Assembly (NCBI GenBank): GCA_016179685.1 | Contig: JACPCR010000064.1 | Span: 181,186-245,185, forward strand | From: Planctomycetota bacterium | Lineage (GTDB): Bacteria; Planctomycetota; PUPC01; JACPCR01 | Direction of reading: 5' to 3' | Length of the DNA: 64,000 nucleotides | In this document: one piece after another, positions 9,406 through 19,467 of the stretch | How the letters are laid out: every line of letters begins with the position of its first letter | How positions within the stretch are numbered: the first letter of the stretch is position 1 | Notes under the pieces: model-generated | What the model saw: only the letters and a program-made list of their open reading frames with translations | Told to the model about the DNA's origin: nothing | The model's database searches: none | Translations under genes and position numbers: made by a program

Positions 9406-11097
9406 CTACTCGGAAAACTTTCGCATCACGGAATAAAAGAACTTTCCGGTCTCGAGGGCGTCGACGCTGGCCCGGATCAAGAGAACGTGGGCAGCCTGGA
9501 CGGTCAGCAGCCCGACCCAGATTCCCAGCCGTTCACGCCTGGTATCCGTTCTCGTTCCCGTCCCTGGCAGCCATGTCTCGGCGGCCCGGGCGGTTGCGGC
9601 GGCGAGGATCGGGAACAGGAAGAGCCAAATCCGAGCCACCTCCGCGCGGTTGATGCCGAGTGCCCAGAGCAGCAGGAACGTGAAGAAGACGCCCCAGAAA
9701 ATGGGGGTATCCACCGCCAGGGAGCGCTCGGCGAGCGCCCTTCGGACTTGGGAGAATCCGAGGACGGCGATGGCGCCCGCGGCAGGCATTCCCATGGAAT
9801 AGGCGGCCTCCACGAGGTTCGTCGCGACCCAGGGCCAGTAGTTTACCCCGTGGGTCTGGAGAAAACTCGCATTATTCCTCTGGCAGGCTGCCAGAACGCT
9901 CACGAGGTTGAATTCCGACGTTGCATGGAGAAGAAGCACGGGAAGGAGAAAACCTGCGAGGGCGCCGGCGAGGGGAGGCCCGAGGGGCTTCGGCCCCAGG
10001 GGCCCAGGGCCAGCCGCTGGCCCGACCCGACCGCGTGCGGAGCGCCAGGCAGCCACGCCGGCCCAGAAGACCATGCCGGCAGGCACCAGGAAGCCCAGGG
10101 TGAAGAACAGTGCAGCGGCGCTGGCGAGGCCGAAGAGAAGTCCATAGCGGATGCTGCCGGTCCGCAAGGCCCGCCACCCCAGAAGAACCAATACAAGGGC
10201 GGGCACGGCAAGAGCCTGGTCCAGGCCAGGGCTATATCCGAAAGACCCTGGGAAGAGAGCGGACACCGTGGCCACGGCGAACGACGCCTGCCGGCCCGCA
10301 CCTTCCCGCGCCAGGAGGTAGACGCCAACCGGGACGAGCGAGGCAAGGAGGAAGCAAAAGAGCGCCGCGGCCAAGCTCGTCGCCAGCGGATACCTCAGAT
10401 TCTCCCATTGTGGAGCGGCCCGGGCCAGCGTGGCCTCGAGGATGGGAGATGCCCGCACCGCTTCCTTCTCGAGCCCCTCGCGGCAGGCCGGGAACGTTTC
10501 CAGGATTCGATGCAAGGCCACGAAGAACAGGATGGGACCCGGTGGATGCGTCTCCACGTGCGGCACCTGCGGTCGCCGGGGCGCATCCAGGAACTGTTGC
10601 TGGTAGACGCGCAACAGGCGGCCCGAGTCATCCACCTGGCTCGCCTCGAGGTGATAGGCCCCGTCTCCCAGGGGATTGACGAACGGCCACACCGCCTCGG
10701 CGAGCGAGAATTCCCCAAGGAACATCACGGCCGAAAGGTGGAGGAGGAACTTGAGCGCCACGAGCACGGAGAGGAGCAGGCCCACCCATCGTGCCCCGGT
10801 CGAGGCCGCCTCGAGCTCCGGTCCTCGAGCGATTCCTGCCGCCGCCACCACCACCATCAGTCCCGCGAGCACAGCCGGGAATGGCAGTCCATCCCATTGC
10901 GGATTCGGGGCGTATCGGGTCACGTACTCCCCAAAGACGCCCGAGCGGATTCGCAGCACCACGGGTAGCAGCAGAAGGACAGCCAGAGCCAGGCCTCCCA
11001 AAGCCCAGAGCCGTCGCCCCCGCCATGAAGCCCCGCCAGCCCCCCGGCTGATTCCGTCTCCCCTTTCCTCCTCTGCTTCACCCTTCTCGGGCTTCAT
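9406..11097 (-). CDS. polytopic integral membrane protein, function unknown
   Basis: ORF 9406..11187; start set to internal ATG 11097 (MKPEKGEAEE...); many hydrophobic helices; 28 bp upstream of PPK2 on same strand. Confidence 0.55.
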   Translation of the reverse strand: MKPEKGEAEEERGDGISRGAGGASWRGRRLWALGGLALAVLLLLPVVLRIRSGVFGEYVTRYAPNPQWDGLPFPAVLAGLMVVVAAAGIARGPELEAASTGARWVGLLLSVLVALKFLLHLSAVMFLGEFSLAEAVWPFVNPLGDGAYHLEASQVDDSGRLLRVYQQQFLDAPRRPQVPHVETHPPGPILFFVALHRILETFPACREGLEKEAVRASPILEATLARAAPQWENLRYPLATSLAAALFCFLLASLVPVGVYLLAREGAGRQASFAVATVSALFPGSFGYSPGLDQALAVPALVLVLLGWRALRTGSIRYGLLFGLASAAALFFTLGFLVPAGMVFWAGVAAWRSARGRVGPAAGPGPLGPKPLGPPLAGALAGFLLPVLLLHATSEFNLVSVLAACQRNNASFLQTHGVNYWPWVATNLVEAAYSMGMPAAGAIAVLGFSQVRRALAERSLAVDTPIFWGVFFTFLLLWALGINRAEVARIWLFLFPILAAATARAAETWLPGTGTRTDTRRERLGIWVGLLTVQAAHVLLIRASVDALETGKFFYSVMRKFSE

Positions 11098-11375
11098 GCT
11101 GGCATCCACGAGTTCAGGAGTGAGTCCATGCGTACGGAGGTGCACTCGACCTTGCGGACGCGTGGACCAGGAGTCTCCAAGGGTCAAAACCGTGATAAAT
11201 TAAACAAGTTTTTTCACTCACAGGGAGAGGGCTGTATCTCATTAGAACGTGCGGCTTTGCGAAGCAATGCCTTTTAGCGGAGCGCTTGCCGTATCTTGTT
11301 TCGGTTCTGGTCGTTCGCGCCACATTGTTCGGTTTGAGGCAACGCTTCGCTAACAGAATATGCCAAGCTCCAAAA

Positions 11376-12179
11376 CTACCCTCGAAGCTCAGCCTCCAGG
11401 ACATCCGCGTACGTGTACAGCCGGGGAGGCTTTCCCGCAATGAACCGCGCCGCCCTCAACGCACCCTGTGCAAACGTGTCCCGGCTGTGCGCCCGGTGCA
11501 CCAGCTCGAGGCGCTCCCCGGGTCCGGCGAAGAGCACCGTGTGGTCCCCCACAATGTCGCCCCCCCGGACCGCGTGGACGCCGATCTGGCCCCGTGGCCG
11601 CTCGCCGACCATTCCTTGCCGGCCGTGCACCGCCGAGGCCGGGTAGTTTTTACCCAGGGCTTCGGCTACCACCTCGGCGAGCCGCACCGCCGTTCCGCTC
11701 GGCGCGTCCTTCTTCAAGTTGTGATGCGCCTCGACGATCTCGATGTCGAAGGACCGGCCCAGGACGCGCGCCACTTCGCCCGCGATCTTGAACAGCAGAT
11801 TCACCCCGAGGCTCATGTTCGGGCTGACGAGGCACGGTATCTTCTGGGACACGGAGGCGAGTTGGCTCTTGTGCGAGTCCTGCAAGCCTGTCGTCCCGAT
11901 CACCATCGCCACCCCCCGGGCCGCGGCTTGTTGCGCCCGGTGCACCGTCGATTCCGGCGCGGAAAAATCGATCAGAACGTCCGCCTCCGCTTCCAGGTCC
12001 GCCGTCAGTCGCACCCCGATCTCTCCCAGGCCGTAGACCAGCCCCAGGTCCTTCCCCAGCGAAGGATGGTCCCGGCGCTCCAGTCCACCGACCAGCCTCA
12101 TCCCCCGATCTTCACGCACCAGGGTTGCGACTCGCTGTCCCATTCGCCCGCACGCGCCGTTGACAACCACTCGGATCAT
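11376..12179 (-). CDS. dapB: 4-hydroxy-tetrahydrodipicolinate reductase
   Basis: start at internal ATG 12179 (MIRVVVNGACGRMG = NAD(P)-binding GxxGxxG); EAHHxxKxDAPSGTA motif typical of DapB. Confidence 0.8.
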   Translation of the reverse strand: MIRVVVNGACGRMGQRVATLVREDRGMRLVGGLERRDHPSLGKDLGLVYGLGEIGVRLTADLEAEADVLIDFSAPESTVHRAQQAAARGVAMVIGTTGLQDSHKSQLASVSQKIPCLVSPNMSLGVNLLFKIAGEVARVLGRSFDIEIVEAHHNLKKDAPSGTAVRLAEVVAEALGKNYPASAVHGRQGMVGERPRGQIGVHAVRGGDIVGDHTVLFAGPGERLELVHRAHSRDTFAQGALRAARFIAGKPPRLYTYADVLEAELRG

Positions 12180-12249
12180 GTGACACGCTCCTCTGATCGA
12201 TGTGCCGCCTCGAGTTCTCGTTTTCGGAAAAGCGGGGGCCATTCCAAAC

Positions 12250-13632
12250 TTAAGTATCAAAACAGCCTTCGTCCCTCAGGAGCGACAGGGCAGCGTCAAA
12301 AGCCTTCCCCGTCCGCTCCAGCTCCTCTTCCCCGTGTGCTGAACTGGTCATCCCCCTCAGCTTCGGCATGTCCACTCCGTTCAAAAGCATGGCCAGTCGA
12401 AACCGTTCCGGCACGGGAGGGGACGCGCCGGCGCGCAGCCTCGCCGGATCGTGATGCCCCAGCCGACCGGGATTCCCTTGAAGCGTCCCGGCGTCGGGGA
12501 ACAGGTAGAGGTGGAAATCTGAATACTGACCGTGACAGAGTCCAGGAACGCCCCGGCGGGCCAGGATGCGATTGAATTCCGCCCGAACGGCCGCTGCCGT
12601 CTCGTTGGCCTTCCGGATATCCTCCCCCGATCGCACGATCCGCAGGGTGGCCATCCCGGCCGCGGCGGAGAGAGGATTGGCGTTGAAAGTGCCCGGATGG
12701 TGCATCTTCGCCTTCCGGCCGCCGGGTCCGCCCTCGAGTATCCGCATCAGGTCCGCCCGGCCCGCCAGCGCCCCGCCGGGCAGTCCCCCCGCCACCACCT
12801 TGGCCAGCACGGTCAGGTCCGGCCGAATCCCCAGGAGCTCCTGTGCGCCGCCCGGTGACACCCGGAAGCCCGTGATCACCTCGTCGAAGATCAGGACCGT
12901 GCCGTGCCGCCGCGCCAAATCCCGAAGTCCCCGGACATAGCCGGCCTGCAGGGGGCAACTGCCAAAGCCGCCGCCGGTCGGCTCGAGCATGACGCAGGCC
13001 GCGTCGCCCGCGGCCAGCGCCGCCTCGGCGGCCGCCAAATCGTTCGGCGGGATGGAGGTCACCTGCCGGGCCACTTCCGGCAAAATGCCTGGCGACATCG
13101 GCTCGTCGAACGGCGGATCGACGCCGTGCTCCGTGTGGTCATGCCAACCATGAAAGTGTCCGAGAAGCTTCACGATTCGGCCCCGGCCCGTCGCCGCACG
13201 CGCCAGGCGGACCGCCATGAGCGACGCTTCCGTCCCGGAACTGACGAACCGGACTCGTTCCGCTGCGGGGAGCAAGCGGCAGACCATTTCGGCCCACTCG
13301 ACCTCGAGTTCGTGGCACGCCCCGGGATGGGTCCCCTTCTCGAGCTGCCGCCGCACCGCCTCGACCACCTCGGGGCGGCCGTGGCCGAGCAACAGCGATC
13401 CGTGTCCCATCCAGAAATCCACAAGCTCCGGCCCGTCCACGGCCCACTTGCGGGCGCCGCGGCACTCCCGAACGTACACCGGAAACGGCCGCAGCAGTCG
13501 GGCGTCGTGCGTCACCCCGCCCGGGAGCACGCATCGTGCCCGTTCATAGAGGATGCGGGAACACGGGAACGCCCGTTCATATCGGGCCGTGAGGCCGGTC
13601 TCGGTCGCCGTGGATGTCGACATGCTTTGCAT
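12250..13632 (-). CDS. class III aminotransferase, glutamate-1-semialdehyde 2,1-aminomutase-like
   Basis: ORF 12250..13728, start at internal ATG 13632 or 13623; motifs SGTEA, DEVITGFR, and PLP-lysine context LAKVVAGG. Confidence 0.7.
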   Translation of the reverse strand: MQSMSTSTATETGLTARYERAFPCSRILYERARCVLPGGVTHDARLLRPFPVYVRECRGARKWAVDGPELVDFWMGHGSLLLGHGRPEVVEAVRRQLEKGTHPGACHELEVEWAEMVCRLLPAAERVRFVSSGTEASLMAVRLARAATGRGRIVKLLGHFHGWHDHTEHGVDPPFDEPMSPGILPEVARQVTSIPPNDLAAAEAALAAGDAACVMLEPTGGGFGSCPLQAGYVRGLRDLARRHGTVLIFDEVITGFRVSPGGAQELLGIRPDLTVLAKVVAGGLPGGALAGRADLMRILEGGPGGRKAKMHHPGTFNANPLSAAAGMATLRIVRSGEDIRKANETAAAVRAEFNRILARRGVPGLCHGQYSDFHLYLFPDAGTLQGNPGRLGHHDPARLRAGASPPVPERFRLAMLLNGVDMPKLRGMTSSAHGEEELERTGKAFDAALSLLRDEGCFDT

Positions 13633-13663
13633 CCCGTCGCGTGGGGCTTCCCTCCGTCCCCAC

Positions 13664-14902
13664 TTACTTGTCGTCCAGAAGATCGTCCCGATGCTTGTCC
13701 CACCAGGCCCGCCACTGGTCCTTGTCATAATCGAAGTCTTGACCGGTGATTTTTTTCAAGGCCTCGAGGGCCGAGGCGTTCGTTTCATAGGTCAATTCTC
13801 CCTTCGACTCCTTCGTCGTGAGATTGATGGTCTGCCCGCCCGGAACTTTTTGCACCTGCGGACCCGCCGTGGTGATCACCTGCCCGCCCTCCGTCACCTT
13901 CACCTTCGGGCTCTCCTCGTCCTCGTCCTTGAGGAAAGGGTCCGTTTCCGATACGGTTCTGACCTTGACGTAAAGAGCCTGGATCAGGCTTGGAATGGCT
14001 CGCGGGTCCCCCATCTCACCCAGCGCCCGGGCCGCCCGGATACGCTTGATCTTGTCCTTGTCCAGCAAGAACGGGACGAGGGCGCTCAGTCCCTCGTTGC
14101 CGCCGATCTGGCCCAGGGCTGCGCCCGCTTGACGTCGAACCTCCTTTTCCGGGTCTTCCATTGCCCGCCTTGCCAGGGCGGAAACGGCCGATTTTTCCTT
14201 CAATCGGCCAAGGGCCACGATCGCCGCCTCCCTCAAGGCCGGGCTTTCCTCATTCAGGTGCTTCAAGACATAGTGGCCCGCCTGGGGCGACTGCACCTCC
14301 AGAAGCTGCTGCAGCAAGGCATCGCGTTCGAAGGCCTTTGCACGCCGCATCCGGCTGAAAATCTCCTCTACCTTCTGGCTCGTCACAACCCGATCGCTAT
14401 TCGATTGCAGGCGATCGCGTTCCTCCGGCGCCATCCAGCGGCCTCCGTACTTCACCAGGCCCCGGGCCGCCTTCGCCTCCTCCAGGGGCAGCCACTTGCC
14501 CCCGAACTTTTCGTAGCCCAGATGCCGGCGCGCCACCGCATGGTCGGGATCCAGTTCCAATACCTTCTGAAATTCGGCCTCCGCCTCCCGGTCCAACCCC
14601 TGCCTCTTGCACCACAGCGCCAGTTCGATGCGCTCCTTGGCGCTCTTCGGGTCCAGAGCCATCCATTTCTCCCGAAACAGGTCCATGAGGCCCTTTCCGC
14701 GCTCGATGGACTTGATGCTGGACCGTGGCACCTCGACGACGCCCAGGCCCGTCTTCATTTTTATGTAAAACTCCGATTCCTCGAGGATTTCGCCTTCCGT
14801 GATGCCGCTCTGAAGGATTAAGAGGTCCGCCCGGATGTCGCCCGCGGCCGCGAAACAGCAAAGTCCCGCGCCAGCCCATCGAAACCTTCGGGACACCTTC
14901 AT
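13664..14902 (-). CDS. secreted HEAT-repeat (PBS lyase-like) protein
   Basis: 412-aa ORF; N-terminal signal-like segment; repeated ...VRRQAGAALGQIG / ...RIRAARALGEMGDPRAIPSL units typical of HEAT/PBS-lyase repeats. Confidence 0.65.
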   Translation of the reverse strand: MKVSRRFRWAGAGLCCFAAAGDIRADLLILQSGITEGEILEESEFYIKMKTGLGVVEVPRSSIKSIERGKGLMDLFREKWMALDPKSAKERIELALWCKRQGLDREAEAEFQKVLELDPDHAVARRHLGYEKFGGKWLPLEEAKAARGLVKYGGRWMAPEERDRLQSNSDRVVTSQKVEEIFSRMRRAKAFERDALLQQLLEVQSPQAGHYVLKHLNEESPALREAAIVALGRLKEKSAVSALARRAMEDPEKEVRRQAGAALGQIGGNEGLSALVPFLLDKDKIKRIRAARALGEMGDPRAIPSLIQALYVKVRTVSETDPFLKDEDEESPKVKVTEGGQVITTAGPQVQKVPGGQTINLTTKESKGELTYETNASALEALKKITGQDFDYDKDQWRAWWDKHRDDLLDDK

Positions 14903-15043
14903 GGCCGACCCCTGCTTCCGGGATTACGGGCAGATATCCGCCAGCCGCCACCGCGATTATAAGCCCGCCATGAATGGGATTCAATCCCGCCGGCGAAGCT
15001 CGAAGTGCCCCGTCAAACGAGCTTCCCATCAGGCATGGCCGGC

Positions 15044-16048
15044 TCACTTCCTCCGAAGTGTCTCCCTCAGCGCCTGCCAGATCGCCGGGTCCTCACCGCC
15101 GAGGACCCAAAAGCAGACGCCGGCGAGGTCGAGCGTCTCCACGGTGCGGAGATGGCTGCGGGTGCTGCGGGCGTCGGACACCCAGAGGAGATGGGCGTGT
15201 CCCCGCGCGTCCGTGTATCGGATCAGGCTGACGTCCCAGTAGTAGCACCAGCCGCGTCCGATCGGTGATTCCTTCTCACGCTCGGCGATCCATCGGAAAT
15301 CGTTGACCTGGGTAGACTGGGCGGGGTCCGTGATGTTCCAGTCCACGGAATAGGTCGGCAGCCCCATGACGATCTTGTGGCGCGGGGCCTGGCTAGCCAG
15401 ATAGGCCATGGTTTCCCGGCCCCACGGCGCCGTCGAGGTCGGACCGATGAATAACGAAGGCGGACAGTAGAGGTCGTAAACCATCGCCCGCAGATGATCG
15501 GCGTGGTGGGCCAGGACGGACGTGTCCTGGAAACCGATCCCGTTCTCGCGGCGTGCCTCCGGGCTGAGCGCGCCGACGCAGACGCTGAGCATGAGATGGC
15601 GCTCGTGGAGGGCTTCCGATGCCTCGCGGACCAGTCGAGCATAGGGAAACCGCCCCTCCGGAGGCCAGCCTTCGATGTCAAGGTCCACGCCGTCGGCCCC
15701 GACTTCGTTGCACTCTTCGAGCATGCGGGCAATCCAGGAGGAAGCGATACCCGGCGTGCGGGCCAGGGCCATGCCGGCGCCTTCCCATGGGCCGGAGTAA
15801 TCGAGAAGCACCGAGATGCCCAGGCCGCGCAGCTCGGCCGCAAGAGCACGGCGTCCCTCGACGGGCCACTGCCGGGGAAGCGACCCATCCGCCTGAAAAC
15901 TCCCGCACATCAGGATGATCTGGTCGAAGAGGTCGTGAAACTCCCGGACGTTCACCAGCGCAGCGGGAACAGACTCGCGGACCATCCACGCGGAGACGAG
16001 CCGGCGGGACTTGCTGGGCCTGAAAATGGAATTGAGCGCGGAATTCAT
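15044..16048 (-). CDS. glycoside hydrolase family 18-like protein
   Basis: 334-aa ORF; DGVDLDIEGW matches the GH18 DxxDxDxE catalytic motif. Confidence 0.6.
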   Translation of the reverse strand: MNSALNSIFRPSKSRRLVSAWMVRESVPAALVNVREFHDLFDQIILMCGSFQADGSLPRQWPVEGRRALAAELRGLGISVLLDYSGPWEGAGMALARTPGIASSWIARMLEECNEVGADGVDLDIEGWPPEGRFPYARLVREASEALHERHLMLSVCVGALSPEARRENGIGFQDTSVLAHHADHLRAMVYDLYCPPSLFIGPTSTAPWGRETMAYLASQAPRHKIVMGLPTYSVDWNITDPAQSTQVNDFRWIAEREKESPIGRGWCYYWDVSLIRYTDARGHAHLLWVSDARSTRSHLRTVETLDLAGVCFWVLGGEDPAIWQALRETLRRK

Positions 16049-16073
16049 CTGAAATACTTAGGGTAGCACTCCG

Positions 16074-16826
16074 CTAACCGGCGCCTCCCTTGACGCTCCA
16101 GACTGAACCGGTGGTGTAGGTGTTGCGTTCCGAGGCAAGGAATTCGACGACCTCGGCGACCTCTTCAGCGTCGGAGTAGCGGCCGATGGGGACTGGAGGA
16201 TTGGCGAGGAACTCGGGTGAGAATCGGGGGATGACCATCTGGGTGAGGGCGCGGCCGGGCTCGACGCCATTGACGAAGACATTCTGGCGCGGGTAGGCGT
16301 TCCCGAGGGCGTTGATGAAGGAATAAACGCCGCCCTTGGAAACGCCGTAGGGGACGAGGCTGGTGGCCCCCAGGCGTGCGCCGGAGGTGATGGTGACGCA
16401 GCGGCCCCATCCCCGGGCGAGCATCTGGGGAATGGCCGCCTGGTGCGCGTGATATACGCCGTGCAGGTTGATGCGCAGAACACGATCGAACTCCGCCGCA
16501 GTCTGCTCGAGGAACGGGGCTTCCCGGCCCAGCACGCCGGCACAGCAGATGAGGATGTCCAGGCGGCCCAAGGTCTCGACCGTGCGGGCCGCCAGGCACC
16601 GCACGGACGCCTCGTCGGTGACGTCCGTTCGAACGAAAAGCGCTCGGGGACCCAAAGCTTCCACCTCGTGCACTACGTCGGGCCCCGACTCGAGGAGATC
16701 GGCGATGACAATGTCCCGGCCCTCTTCCGCCAGGCGCAGGGCGCACGCGCGGCCTATCCCTCTTGCGCCACCGGTGACGATCGCGACGCGCCGCTCCTTG
16801 GGCGCGGCAAACCTGAGATGGGGCAT
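16074..16826 (-). CDS. SDR family oxidoreductase
   Basis: 250-aa ORF; N-terminal TGGARGIG Rossmann motif and YxxxK-type active-site region (YGVSK). Confidence 0.8.
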   Translation of the reverse strand: MPHLRFAAPKERRVAIVTGGARGIGRACALRLAEEGRDIVIADLLESGPDVVHEVEALGPRALFVRTDVTDEASVRCLAARTVETLGRLDILICCAGVLGREAPFLEQTAAEFDRVLRINLHGVYHAHQAAIPQMLARGWGRCVTITSGARLGATSLVPYGVSKGGVYSFINALGNAYPRQNVFVNGVEPGRALTQMVIPRFSPEFLANPPVPIGRYSDAEEVAEVVEFLASERNTYTTGSVWSVKGGAG

Positions 16827-17017
16827 CAGTCACCTGCCGGACTTGTAAGGTGAGAATTCCGACCAGATGATAGGATGAGGACACCCGCTTTACAAGATAA
16901 AGATTGCTCAGTTTGAAGCAGCGTCTTGCTCGGAACGTTCGCGGCCCCCGCTTTCCAAACCGGGACGACGTGGTTAAAGTTTCTGGTTCTTGGAGACGCT
17001 TCGAGGAGGCAGGACAC

Positions 17018-18193
17018 ATGGATGAGATTCGAGTGGGGGTGGTCGGGCTGGGAGGTCGCGGCCAGCACTGGCTGCGGATGCTTCAGAAGTTTGCCGGCTA
17101 CCGAGTGACGGCCATTTGCGATCGCCAGGCGGCTCTGCTCGAGGCGGCAAAGGCCGCCCTGACCTCCCCGGCCTCGGTGAAAACCTATGCGAGATACGAG
17201 GACCTTCTCGCCGACTCGGGCGTGGACGCGGTGGCGCTCTGCGTCCGCGCCCGCAACCAGGGCGCTCTGGCGGCCCAGGCGCTCGAGGCTGGCAAGCACG
17301 TCAGCTCGGAGGTGCCCGCCGCCCACACGCTCGAGGACTGCTGGCGCATCGTCGTTGCCGCGGAACGGACCGGCCTCGTCTACCTCCTCGGCGAGCAGAC
17401 GCGTTACTGGGGCTTCGTGGACGCTTGGCGCGACCTGGTCCTTCAGGGCCGCCTGGGCCGCGTCACCTTCGCCGAAGGCCAGTACATCGGTTTCTACGGC
17501 ACCTGGTGGTACTTCAGTGATCCCGAGACCGGCCGGTTCTATACCGTGGAGGAGCTGAAGGACCACCCGGAGGCGCGGCCCACCTGGCTGCATGAGATGC
17601 CGCCGATCCACTATCTGCCGCACGAGTTGAGCCCGATGCTGAAGATTCTGGACGATCGCGTGGTGGAGGTGACGGCGATGAGCACCCGCGCCCCGAGCTA
17701 CTCGTTCCCGGAGATCGGCCAGCCGGACATCCAGGTGGCGCTGATGAAGACGCGCAAGGACGCCATTCTGCGGCTGGCCACCGGCTACGCCCAGCCGGTC
17801 CCGAAGCGCGGCCACCACTGGTATCAGGTGATGGGGACGCGCGGGTGCCTGGAGTGGAAGCGCTCGGCCCGCGATCTGCCCAAGATGTGGCTCGCCGATG
17901 CCCAGATGTTCGACGTCGCCGAGGTGGACTGGCGCTTCGAGCGGCTCGACGCGCCTGCCGAGGCCCGTGGCAGCGGACACGGCGACGCGGATTACTACGT
18001 CCACGCCTCTTTCCGCGACGCGGTGCTGGGTCGCCAGCGCCTCGAATTCGACGTCTACCAGGCGATGGACACGGCCGCGCCCGCCATCCTCGCAGCAGAA
18101 TCCATCGACCAGGGTACGAAGCTCATGAAGGTGCCGGACTTCCGGCCCAGCGCCCTCCGGCCAGCCGGCCAGTGGCCCGCCTCCCTGGCGTGA
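17018..18193 (+). CDS. Gfo/Idh/MocA family oxidoreductase
   Basis: ORF 16904..18193; ATG at 17018 preceded by GAGGAGG; N-terminal IRVGVVGLGGRG Rossmann motif. Confidence 0.8.
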   Translation: MDEIRVGVVGLGGRGQHWLRMLQKFAGYRVTAICDRQAALLEAAKAALTSPASVKTYARYEDLLADSGVDAVALCVRARNQGALAAQALEAGKHVSSEVPAAHTLEDCWRIVVAAERTGLVYLLGEQTRYWGFVDAWRDLVLQGRLGRVTFAEGQYIGFYGTWWYFSDPETGRFYTVEELKDHPEARPTWLHEMPPIHYLPHELSPMLKILDDRVVEVTAMSTRAPSYSFPEIGQPDIQVALMKTRKDAILRLATGYAQPVPKRGHHWYQVMGTRGCLEWKRSARDLPKMWLADAQMFDVAEVDWRFERLDAPAEARGSGHGDADYYVHASFRDAVLGRQRLEFDVYQAMDTAAPAILAAESIDQGTKLMKVPDFRPSALRPAGQWPASLA

Positions 18194-18337
18194 CGGTACG
18201 CCGCGACCGGCCGTGAAGTAGCGCTGCCGCTGCGGGGCCGACCGCCCCCCTTCGCGTGACGGGAAACGACCCCTGAAACGAAATCCGCGCCCTGGCCGGC
18301 TGCCATCGTAAACCTTCAACACCCCGCCGCCAGAATG

Positions 18338-19341
18338 TCATCGGACCATCAGCAGGGATTGAGAGGAAGCGCCAGAATCCGGGGGTCCACTATGTCCGGA
18401 GCTTCGCCGCGGCTCGCTGGAGAGCGCGGCCAGGTGCGCCAGGCCGGCCAGGAAGTAAAGGTGGTGGTGGAGATGGCCCTGATAACTGCCGTCGCGGGCG
18501 CTGATGCCAATGACGCCCTGGCCCGGCTGGAGATCGGCCAGGACGCCTTCGGCCAGCGCCAGGCCGAACTCGAGCGCCTCGGAGTCGCCCGTGGCCTCGA
18601 AGTACTCGCACAAGCCCTGCGCGACCAGAGGATACTGGCCCACCAGGCTCGAGCCCCAATGATGCGTGGGCATCACCTCGCCCGTCGCCTTCACCGGGAT
18701 CATCCCGTGCGCGTAGTAGGCCCGGCCCGTGTCCCACGACGCCGTGCTGCGCAAGGCCTCGAAACACCTCCGGGCCAGCACCCGGTCCCCCTCGCGGCCC
18801 TGCGTCCGGCCGCGCCGCGCCAGAACCCCCATGAGCACCGCCGTGGTCCAGGGGTTTGGCCAGTCGCCGCCCCCGTCCACCGCCGTGAAAGTTTTTCCGG
18901 TATCCACACCCAACCATCATCCCGCAGCAGACTGAGCAGCCGCCGCCGGATGCCCGCTTCCACCTCGGGCGCGTCCGGCACGACGCCCAGCATCTCGCGG
19001 ACGACATCGTAGGAGCGACACCACTCCGCGTCCGTCTGGCCGATGGTGATGGCGTCGCGGGAACGGGGACGGGATGGCGCGACGACGGGCACGACGGCGG
19101 GATAGCCCAGGGGCCCGATGCAATGGGAGCATTCGTAATCGTACTCCGGCTCGGGCATGTGGACGAGGTAGTGGCCGATGCGGCGGAGGATGGGCAGGAG
19201 GTCGGAATTCGACGCCGGCGCAGAGGCCGCGGGTGCGACGCCCGGCGCTCCCTCGAGGAGTAACGTCATCCGTCCCCCGCCGCGGTGAAAGCCCCGGGTA
19301 GGCGAAGACAGCGAGGAGTTGAAAAGGTCCTTGCCGTTCAT
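18338..19341 (-). pseudogene. hypothetical protein (possible glycosyl-hydrolase-like fold), interrupted by -1 frameshift at a T5/A5 run
   Basis: ORFs 18700..19341 and 18338..18913 are consecutive parts of one reading frame if the T5 run near 18892-18896 is read as T6 (...IPEKTFTAVDGGGDWPNPW...). Confidence 0.45.
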
Positions 19342-19467
19342 CCGATGGTCTCCTAAAGACCCCGATTTTCTTGCCGGGGATGTTGAGCCCGTATAGCGAA
19401 TTCCCCGTGGCGGACCGTCATGGGCCGAAATCCTCGTTCCCGGCGTATCCCTCTATGAGGTCAGAAG

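Noticed and set aside
8539-10968. 809-aa plus-strand ORF, and similar long ORFs at 13553..14821 (+), 16826..18322 (-), 24825..26366 (-), 33089..34117 (-), 39009..39986 (-), 50081..51484 (+), 53398..54918 (-), 55917..57179 (-), 60195..61256 (-), 62341..63840 (-)
   Set aside because: All lie antisense to ORFs with recognisable family motifs and have Arg/Pro/Gly/Ala-rich low-complexity translations, as expected for shadow ORFs in high-GC DNA
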